24,000 nt of DNA. It comes from Candidatus Kaiserbacteria bacterium RIFCSPHIGHO2_01_FULL_53_29. GTDB taxonomy: Bacteria > Patescibacteriota > Minisyncoccia > Phycocordibacterales > UBA2100. The stretch's first letter is position 1. Each line of letters starts with the position of its first letter. Below are positions 16,503-22,365 of this stretch, one piece after another. The position numbers and the translations under genes are program-made. The notes under the pieces were generated by a model. The model saw only the letters and a list, made by a program, of their open reading frames with translations. It made no database searches and was not told the origin of the DNA. The DNA is taken from NCBI GenBank assembly GCA_001781125.1, contig MFKT01000018.1, positions 4,595 to 28,594 of the forward strand. The letters run 5' to 3'.

Positions 16503-17150
16503 ATGACCAGAGTGAAAATCTGCGGCATCAAGAGCGCCGAAGACGCACAAGCCGTAGCAGCGTTTGGCGCCGATGAGCTTGGATTCCACGTCAAATTGAA
16601 CGGCGGGCGCTCGCCACTCGAAGCGGATGTGGCAAAAGCACTGGTCGGTGCACTTCCAAAGAGTTCGGCGGGTGTTGTTGTGACAAGTCTCACCGATGCG
16701 AAAGAATTGATCGAAATTGCGCAAGCGACCGGAGCTTCAACGCTGCAGCTGTATGGCGATGCGACGCCGGAGACGATACGGGAGTTTAAGAAGGCGTTGC
16801 CAGAAGTAAAAATTTGGAAAGTGTTGAACGTATCCGACGAGAACTCAATTGAGAAAGCGAAAGAATACGAAGACGCGGCGGATGCAATCGCTCTCGATAC
16901 GCTCAACAAAGCAACGGGTGTGCGCGGGGGGACGGGGAAGACCCACGATTGGAGTATCAGCAAAAGAATAGTCGAATCAATCTCAATTCCCGTCATTCTC
17001 GCGGGGGGCCTCAATCCCGATAATATCGCGGAAGCCATCCGCACCGTTCGCCCATATGGTGTAGATGTAAACTCCGGCGTTTCCAACCCCGACGGCTCAA
17101 AAGACCTCGAAAAAGTCAAACTATTTATCGAGCGCGCCAGAAATCTATAG
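16503..17150 (+). CDS. trpF: Phosphoribosylanthranilate isomerase
   Basis: MTRVKICGI, LQLYGD, GGTGKTHDW, ILAGGLNPDN and GVDVNSG; 215 aa. It is divergent from trpC with only a 20-nt spacer. Confidence 0.9.
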   Translation: MTRVKICGIKSAEDAQAVAAFGADELGFHVKLNGGRSPLEADVAKALVGALPKSSAGVVVTSLTDAKELIEIAQATGASTLQLYGDATPETIREFKKALPEVKIWKVLNVSDENSIEKAKEYEDAADAIALDTLNKATGVRGGTGKTHDWSISKRIVESISIPVILAGGLNPDNIAEAIRTVRPYGVDVNSGVSNPDGSKDLEKVKLFIERARNL

Positions 17151-17241
17151 TCAGTGGCGAACTTGCAGAGAGAGAGTTCGTGGTATTCATTGCTCGGACA
17201 AGAGAGTCCGAAATTTCCCGTTAACAGCGAGGGTGAAAGCC

Positions 17242-17733
17242 ATGGCACGCAAAGACAGAGATGCCCGCCTGCAGGCGGAGGCTACCGAAATTGCCCAAAA
17301 TTTGAACGGCTGGGCAATTCACAACGACATTCTCAATGCGGGCGAGGTCATCGTCTACGATGCCCGAGTCGAGAAGATCTCGGTTGTCCGGCCAGCCGAG
17401 AGACCGATGGCGACCGAGGAATTCTCGATCAAAGGCCGGAAGGATCGGGGCGTCGAGTTCGTACGCCCTGCCCGAATGACCTCCGACCAGGTTCAGCGGT
17501 TGTTGAGTAAATTGACACTCAGCTCCCGCGAATTCATGCAGGAATTGCTGGTTGAAAAGCGCAACAATCCTACGAACATCAACGAGTTCGGGAACGCTAA
17601 TGATCATCTTGGACATTTCCGAGGCGTCGTCAACGGAGTATTCCGTAACTGCACGATCGGTGGAAAGCACTACCGTTTGGCGACCGATCGGCGCGCGATC
17701 CAACTTTGGGAGGTGAAGCAGATCAAAAAATGA
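17242..17733 (+). CDS. Hypothetical protein (~163 aa), no family recognised
   Basis: Coding-like RNY/G-first codon pattern. GAGGG (17229-17233) lies 8 nt upstream of ATG 17242; the listed ORF start, GTG 17233, falls inside that RBS. The antisense 160-aa ORF is less coding-like. Confidence 0.55.
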   Translation: MARKDRDARLQAEATEIAQNLNGWAIHNDILNAGEVIVYDARVEKISVVRPAERPMATEEFSIKGRKDRGVEFVRPARMTSDQVQRLLSKLTLSSREFMQELLVEKRNNPTNINEFGNANDHLGHFRGVVNGVFRNCTIGGKHYRLATDRRAIQLWEVKQIKK

Positions 17734-17862
17734 TGCGCCTCGGCATCGAAAACGTGAGATCCGCTTCAGTAGTGGGTCTTGGCGGGGTTGGCGGTAATCC
17801 TCGAAACCGTATGTTTACCGATGTGTATCGGTACTGATGAGCTCAAAAGAGCGAAACATAAA

Positions 17863-18963
17863 TTATCGAAGCGACTCAAGGGTTTTTTCGACGACCGTAT
17901 CTTCTACGGGGTGCGCAAACTGACCGTCTTTTTGGTAGACGGAGCCGATTTTTTCCAGGAGCACGTACTGCACAAGACCGCCGCGGACTTTTTTGTCGCC
18001 TTTTGTCGCCGCGATTATGTCGGAAACTTGGAATTTCTTAATCGGTTCTGCAGTGATGTCGAAATGTGAAAGGTATTCTGCGACGAACGTCTTATCTTCC
18101 GGAGAAAGAATCCCGAGCAGCTCGGATATTTTCGACTCGACGAGTATTCCGTACGCGACTGCGTACCCGTGCCGTATTGTGTAGCCCGAGAGCAGTTCTA
18201 TCGCGTGTCCGATGGTATGGCCGAAATTCAGTATTCGGCGCTCGTTCTGCTCGCGCTCGTCACGCATCGCGACGCCGACTTTTATCTCGATGGAGCGGCA
18301 CACGACGTTCATAAGGGCTTCTTTTGTCGAAAGCGGATCGTCGAGGTTTATTTTTTTTACCACTTCAAGTCCCACAGCATCGGAAGTGAGGAATTCCTTA
18401 ATTGCCTCAATAAGACCGTTCACCACATGTTCGCGCGGAAGTTTCGAGAGGAATTGCAGGTCGGAAATGACGGCGTGCGGCAGATAAAATGCACCGACGG
18501 TATTTTTCCCGAAGGGCGTGTCGATGCCCACTTTGCCTCCAACGGAGCTATCAACCATGGCGAGGAGTGTGGTCGGCATTTGAATGTACGGCACACCGCG
18601 CAGATAAGTGGCCGCAACGTATCCGGCGACATCTCCCACCACCCCGCCACCAAGGGCGATGATGAGGCTGTTACGCCCGTAGCGTTTTTCGAGGAGCGAA
18701 TGCTGCAGACTTGTCACCGTTTCTTGGTGCTTATTGCCCTCGCCCTCGGCAAAAGAAAATATCTCGGCGGGTATGCCTAATTTCTGTATGAGCGAAAGGA
18801 CCTTGTCGCCCCAGAGCTGTGCGGTCGTGGAATCCGCAATGATGACTACTGTTTCCGGAGCGGCGCTCTTGATCGCGGCGAGCACTTCGCTCTCGAGACT
18901 TAGCCCAACCGTTATGGGACATTCCGCGCCCTGTGTCTTCAGGACTATTGTTCGCGGTGTCAT
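17863..18963 (-). CDS. aroB: 3-dehydroquinate synthase
   Basis: LGGGVVGDVAGYVAATYLRG, PTTLLAMVDSSVGGK, LNFGHTIGHAIE; 366 aa. Confidence 0.95.
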   Translation of the reverse strand: MTPRTIVLKTQGAECPITVGLSLESEVLAAIKSAAPETVVIIADSTTAQLWGDKVLSLIQKLGIPAEIFSFAEGEGNKHQETVTSLQHSLLEKRYGRNSLIIALGGGVVGDVAGYVAATYLRGVPYIQMPTTLLAMVDSSVGGKVGIDTPFGKNTVGAFYLPHAVISDLQFLSKLPREHVVNGLIEAIKEFLTSDAVGLEVVKKINLDDPLSTKEALMNVVCRSIEIKVGVAMRDEREQNERRILNFGHTIGHAIELLSGYTIRHGYAVAYGILVESKISELLGILSPEDKTFVAEYLSHFDITAEPIKKFQVSDIIAATKGDKKVRGGLVQYVLLEKIGSVYQKDGQFAHPVEDTVVEKTLESLR

Positions 18964-20003
18964 AGGCCTCGTGCAGCAGCAACTTCTCTTATAATGTTTT
19001 CTGTTGATTCCCAGCCGAGACAGGGGTCCGTGATGGAAAGCCCGCCGCGATCAATCGTTTCCGGTGTTGTTGATTCGAGCTTCTGACTACCTTCCTTGAG
19101 GAAGCTTTCTATCATGAATCCTTTGACGAGGCGGCGGTATTCCGCGTCGGCCTGCATGAACGCAAGCGATTCCCTTACGACCTCGCTCTGCCGCCCGGAG
19201 ACCTTCACGCCGTCGACCTTGCAGTTGTCGTGGCTCGCATCAATGATAATGGCAGGATTTTTCACTTTGTGTTTTTCGAAAAGCGCTCCGGCCTTGTGCA
19301 CGTGTGCGGGATCGTAATTGGAGCCGCGGAAGCCGCCGCGCAGCACGAGGTGTGCAAACGGGTTGCCAGTAGTCTCGATCTGGTTGCCATCGAAAGTTGT
19401 GTGATGCGGATGCTGCGCGGCGACGATGCCGTTGACCGCGATCTCGATGGAGCCGCTCGTTGCATTTTTCATACCGACAGGGCAGTCAGCTGCGGAGGCG
19501 AAGATGCGGTGTTCCTGATCCTCCACACTGCGCGCGCCGATGGCCATCCACGAGAGAAGCTCGGCGAATCCTTTCGCGTTGTGTGTGAAGAGCGCTTCAT
19601 CGGCGATGGGGAGCCCCATCTCAATGATCTTCACCATCATGTCGCGGCAGTATTCGGCCCCTTTTGCGATATCGGGCGACTCGAACGGATCGGGTTGATT
19701 CACCGGCCCGAGCCAGCCGCGGATGGTGCGGGGCTTTTGGATATAGACCCGCATGACAATTTTGATCGAATCTTTGACCTCGTCAGAGAGCTTTTTGAGA
19801 CGCTCCGCAAAGGTAAGGACTGCCTCGGACGGCCATGCGGAACAGGGACCGGCGATAAAGAGAAGACGCTTGTCCTCGCCGGAAAGAATTGCTCCGACTT
19901 CTTTGCGGTCCTGAAGTACTTGCGCCTCGCCTTTTTGGGAGAGGGGATGACGCGCGATTATTCTCTCGACAGTCGGCATTTTTTGTATGATTTTGTAGCT
20001 CAT
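18960..20003 (-). CDS. aroG: 3-deoxy-7-phosphoheptulonate (DAHP) synthase, class I-alpha (AroG/F/H-like)
   Basis: From MSYKIIQKMPTVERI the sequence is collinear with E. coli AroG: IAGPCS, IVMRVYIQKPRT.RGW.G, WMAIGARSVEDQEHR, CPVGMKN, IIDASHDN, GKSITDPCLGWE-like. The 84 upstream codons of the listed ORF are Arg/Ser-rich and overlap aroE. Confidence 0.9.
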   Translation of the reverse strand: MSYKIIQKMPTVERIIARHPLSQKGEAQVLQDRKEVGAILSGEDKRLLFIAGPCSAWPSEAVLTFAERLKKLSDEVKDSIKIVMRVYIQKPRTIRGWLGPVNQPDPFESPDIAKGAEYCRDMMVKIIEMGLPIADEALFTHNAKGFAELLSWMAIGARSVEDQEHRIFASAADCPVGMKNATSGSIEIAVNGIVAAQHPHHTTFDGNQIETTGNPFAHLVLRGGFRGSNYDPAHVHKAGALFEKHKVKNPAIIIDASHDNCKVDGVKVSGRQSEVVRESLAFMQADAEYRRLVKGFMIESFLKEGSQKLESTTPETIDRGGLSITDPCLGWESTENIIREVAAARGL

Positions 20004-20016
20004 AGATGTTCGTAGA

Positions 20017-20859
20017 TTACAGCCCTCGTAACTTGTTCTCGAGGAGCTCTGTATAGTCTCCGGCGATATCTCTCCCAAGCCACAGGCGTTCCTGCTCGAG
20101 GCCTTGTGCGAGGAACATGACGAGGCCGGAGATGGCGCGCGCGCCGCGTGCATCGGCGGTGCGCAGGAGCTTGGTCTCAAGCGGGCTGTAGACAAGATCG
20201 AAGACCGCCGTCTCTTTTTGGATGATCTCCTCCGGTACCGGCATCGCGTCAACATTTGGCGACATACCGATGGGGGTTGCGTTCACGATGACATCGAAGG
20301 GTTGCTTCGCGAAGTCCTCCGTTTCGATGAACGTGCCGTCGAATGCTTTGCAGAGAACCTCTGCTTGTGCCCGATCGCGATTGTGGCAGAAGATATGCGC
20401 GCCCTCGCGATGCAGATGGTATGCAACCGTCAGTGCGGCGCCTCCGGCACCCACGAGAAGCACGTTTGCGCCTTTTCCTCCAGAGGAGGATCCGCCTCCG
20501 GCGGAGAGGTCAACTCCAGAAAGTGCAGCCGCGATGCCTTTCACGTCTGTATTGAATCCGGTGAGCTTACCGTCCCGGTTCACTACCGTGTTGACTGCGC
20601 CGATATCGCGCGCGGTTGCGTCGATCTCGTCAAGGAGCGGCATGATCGTTTGTTTGTGAGGCATCGTCACTGCCGCAAGATGGATCGGCAGTGCGCGTAC
20701 CGCGGCGACCAATACAGAGATATCAGGATTACCAAAAGCGAGCATGACCGCATCGACGCCTTCTTTTTGGTAGATGGCATTGTGTAGCAGAGGACTCAGG
20801 CTGTGCGTGACAGGATTGCCCATAATAGCCGTCAGTTTTGTTGCGGGAGAGATGGTCAT
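20017..20859 (-). CDS. aroE: Shikimate dehydrogenase carrying the same 11-residue Gly/Ser insertion just before the NADP-binding GAGGA motif
   Basis: GNPVTHSLSPLLHN, VTMPHK, GAVNTV, GFNTD, LLVGAGGAA; 280 aa. Confidence 0.9.
   Translation of the reverse strand: MTISPATKLTAIMGNPVTHSLSPLLHNAIYQKEGVDAVMLAFGNPDISVLVAAVRALPIHLAAVTMPHKQTIMPLLDEIDATARDIGAVNTVVNRDGKLTGFNTDVKGIAAALSGVDLSAGGGSSSGGKGANVLLVGAGGAALTVAYHLHREGAHIFCHNRDRAQAEVLCKAFDGTFIETEDFAKQPFDVIVNATPIGMSPNVDAMPVPEEIIQKETAVFDLVYSPLETKLLRTADARGARAISGLVMFLAQGLEQERLWLGRDIAGDYTELLENKLRGL
20472..20506. repeat. Copy 2 of the exact 35-bp repeat (in frame within aroE, encodes SAGGGSSSGGK)
   Basis: Identical to 13953-13987 and contains GGATCC. The NTD-to-GAGGA spacing is ~8 residues longer than in E. 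coli AroE. Confidence 0.95.
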
Positions 20860-20860
20860 A

Positions 20861-20992
20861 CCCGGCTAGTACAATTTCGAATAATTACCACCGCAGTTGT
20901 AACCACGAACGTTTTCAATACGCCCTGGTCAATGCTTCTTGTCATACGCTGATGGATATTCATACAAGGTAATTCGAAATTGTCCTGCCGGG
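20861..20992 (-). repeat. Imperfect long-range inverted repeat filling the aroQ-aroE spacer
   Basis: The left arm cccggctagtacaatttcgaataattacc (20861-20889) pairs with the right arm ggtaattcgaaattgtcctgccggg (20968-20992). The arms share the blocks CCCGGC, ACAATTTCGAAT and TACC and enclose ~78 nt. Confidence 0.6.
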
Positions 20993-20997
20993 CATAT

Positions 20998-21435
20998 CTA
21001 TTTCGTCAGATGCGCCTGCAGTGTCGCAACCGCTTCGACGTAGCCTGCTTCCTTTTTCCCTGCGATCATTGCGATACACGCCGGTGCGGTCACCGAGATC
21101 TTTCTCCAGTCTTCGCGTGAATTGATGTCGGAGAGATGCACCTCGACGCAGGGCAGATCGGTATCGACGAGCGCATCGTGGAGCGCGTAGCTGTAGTGCG
21201 TGAATGCGCCAAGGTTCGCAATGATGCCGGCAGCGTCTGTCGCCTCGGCCTGCAAGAAGTCGATGAGCGCGCCCTCGTGATTCGATTGAAATGCTTTGAC
21301 CGTGTGGCCTATTCTTTGCGCTTCGGCCGCAACGAGCGCCTCAATATCGGCAAGCGTCTTCGTGCCGTACTGCGCCGCATCGCGTTTGCCGAGGCGGTTC
21401 AGGTTGGGTCCGTGGATAAGTAGTATCGTGGCCAT
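20998..21435 (-). CDS. aroQ: 3-dehydroquinate dehydratase, type II
   Basis: ILLIHGPNLNRLG, QSNHEGALID, NLGAFTHYSYAL, VEVHLSDI; 145 aa. Confidence 0.95.
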   Translation of the reverse strand: MATILLIHGPNLNRLGKRDAAQYGTKTLADIEALVAAEAQRIGHTVKAFQSNHEGALIDFLQAEATDAAGIIANLGAFTHYSYALHDALVDTDLPCVEVHLSDINSREDWRKISVTAPACIAMIAGKKEAGYVEAVATLQAHLTK

Positions 21436-21463
21436 AAGGCGTAATTCGTACTATTGTACCCTG

Positions 21464-21499
21464 TTAAAAGCAAACGAGCTCCCTTTCGAGAGCTCGTTT
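21464..21499 (-). terminator. Attenuator terminator (segments 3:4) upstream of aroQ
   Basis: On the minus-strand RNA, AAACGAGCUCUC-GAAA-GGGAGCUCGUUU forms a 12-bp stem (one G.U pair) with a GNRA loop, followed by GCUUUUAA. Confidence 0.75.
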
Positions 21500-21516
21500 C
21501 CGGTATCGTAAGTTGT

Positions 21517-21591
21517 TTACAATAGCGCAGACGAACTCTCGAAGGAGAGTCCATAAAAGAAGCCAAAGAAGCGTGAGGAAATAGTCTGCAT
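21517..21591 (-). CDS. Leader peptide MQTISSRFFGFFYGLSFESSSALL (24 aa) of the aro attenuator
   Basis: The sequence is ATG CAG ACT ATT TCC TCA CGC TTC TTT GGC TTC TTT TAT GGA CTC TCC TTC GAG AGT TCG TCT GCG CTA TTG TAA. Five Phe and one Tyr fall within codons 8-17. The position relative to the 1:2, 2:3 and 3:4 pairings matches trpL/pheL-type attenuators. Confidence 0.65.
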   Translation of the reverse strand: MQTISSRFFGFFYGLSFESSSALL

Positions 21592-21600
21592 ACGTTATTG

Positions 21601-21628
21601 ATAATAGGACTTTCGGCGTTTTTGTCAA
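21601..21628 (-). promoter_or_regulatory. Sigma70-type promoter TTGACA-16 nt-TATTAT for the aro leader
   Basis: On the minus strand, TTGACA lies at 21628..21623 and TATTAT at 21606..21601. The leader ATG is 9 nt downstream of the -10 box. Confidence 0.6.
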
Positions 21629-21636
21629 GCCATTAT

Positions 21637-21671
21637 GGCAAATGAAAGGGCGGCAGTCGTTGACTGCCGCC
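21637..21671 (-). terminator. Intrinsic terminator after the 95-aa gene
   Basis: Minus-strand RNA GGCGGCAGUC-AAC-GACUGCCGCC is followed by CUUUCAUUUG. Confidence 0.6.
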
Positions 21672-21700
21672 GCTTCGCCGCCTTTTTGCGCTCCCCTGCG

Positions 21701-21988
21701 CTAAAGACCCCCGATGTAGATGTTGGGACGAGGTTGTGCCGCGCTAGCGAATGCGGCATTAATCAGTTGCTCGGCTTGCGTCGCGGTCGTTCCTTCCGGA
21801 ACTTCCATGAGCCATGCGCACACGCCATTGGCGAGACCAAGGCGTGTTTCAGGCCCGTTGTTGACGTAGCGGACCAACGGCATGCCGATCTTCGCGTCCG
21901 CGAAGACGTTCTTAAGCGAATCACGAAGAGGTCCTTGATGATCGGGCGTTATTCCGCATACCCGAACTTCGAAGTCGTCGCTTTTCAT
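21701..21988 (-). CDS. Hypothetical 95-aa protein under T-box control (MKSDDFEVRVCGITPDHQGPL...NIYIGGL)
   Basis: A strong RBS, AGGAGAAGG, ends 2 nt before ATG 21988. The rest of the listed 170-aa ORF runs through the T-box terminator, so I discard it. No family was recognised with confidence. Confidence 0.6.
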   Translation of the reverse strand: MKSDDFEVRVCGITPDHQGPLRDSLKNVFADAKIGMPLVRYVNNGPETRLGLANGVCAWLMEVPEGTTATQAEQLINAAFASAAQPRPNIYIGGL

Positions 21989-22069
21989 GGCCTTCTCCTG
22001 AGCGTTGACGATGTGAGATGAAGAGAACAGAAAGAGCGAAGCGACTCCTCCTGCGGTTTGCGAGTTTAG

Positions 22070-22301
22070 TACGCAAATACAAAAATCCGCCCTTACAACA
22101 CGAATACACTTCGTGTAGTAAGGGCGGATTTCTTCCGCGGTGCCACCTTTTTTCTTCTTACTCCGACTATACGTCGGAGTTACCTCTATTACGGGAGAAC
22201 CCCGAGATACCACTTGCGCAGTACCTTACCTGCCGCGTCAGACGCGGACAATTCGGCCCGAACCCCGGCCAGTGCCGGGAACCGAATCTAAGGCTTTTAC
22301 T
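22070..22301 (-). promoter_or_regulatory. Second T-box riboswitch leader (amino-acid specificity not assignable by eye)
   Basis: On the minus-strand RNA, the T-box core AAGGUGGCACCGCGG lies at 22149..22135. The antiterminator is AAGG/CCUU plus the 7-nt bulge UGGCACC plus GCGG/CCGC. The competing terminator, AAAUCCGCCCUUAC...GUAAGGGCGGAUUU followed by UUUUUGUAUUUG, spans 22131..22071. Upstream lie the Stem III hairpin ACUCCGAC-GUAUA-GUCGGAGU, an F-box-like CCGUAA, and a 5' segment AAAGCCUUAGAUUCGG homologous to the trp T-box. Confidence 0.8.
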
Positions 22302-22307
22302 GTCTTT

Positions 22308-22336
22308 ACTGTAAACGATGGCGCTTAAGGTGTCAA
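22308..22336 (-). promoter_or_regulatory. Sigma70-type promoter TTGACA-17 nt-TACAGT for the second T-box
   Basis: On the minus strand, TTGACA lies at 22336..22331 and TACAGT at 22313..22308, with an exact 17-nt spacer. Confidence 0.6.
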
Positions 22337-22365
22337 ACGTGATAAATAATGTAGTATTAGCAATT

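Noticed and set aside
16466-17248. 260-aa minus-strand ORF opposite trpF
   Set aside because: Shadow ORF of trpF. It is Ser/Ala/Pro-rich with no recognisable family, and trpF has full-length motif support.
17221-17703. 160-aa minus-strand ORF opposite the hypothetical gene at 17242..17733
   Set aside because: The plus-strand frame has the better codon periodicity (G-rich first positions) and a proper RBS. The minus-strand frame has neither. This rejection is less certain than the others.
20004-20255. 84-codon N-terminal extension of the DAHP synthase ORF (listed as 18960..20255)
   Set aside because: The extension overlaps the 3' end of aroE and is Arg/Ser-rich (RRRSSKKRRRSS). Homology to AroG begins at MSYKIIQK (ATG 20003).
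19230-20787. Plus-strand ORFs of 261 aa (19230..20015) and 227 aa (20104..20787)
   Set aside because: They are antisense to DAHP synthase and aroE, with Arg/Asp/Gly-rich low-information sequence. The Gly/Ser stretch in them is only the reverse reading of the 35-bp repeat.
20890-20905. Minus-strand GCGGUGGUAAUU in the aroQ-aroE spacer, superficially like a T-box core
   Set aside because: It lacks the ACCGCG half, the antiterminator bulge geometry and any terminator or U-tract.
21635-22021. 128-aa plus-strand ORF
   Set aside because: It is antisense to the 95-aa gene and runs through two terminator hairpins. It is Arg-rich with no RBS.
21989-22213. 75-codon N-terminal extension of the 170-aa minus-strand ORF
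   Set aside because: It reads through the T-box terminator and antiterminator. A strong AGGAG RBS precedes the internal ATG 21988.
22318-22365. 16-codon N-terminal extension of ridA
   Set aside because: RidA homology starts at MKPVHTDKAP. The extension overlaps the divergent T-box promoter.
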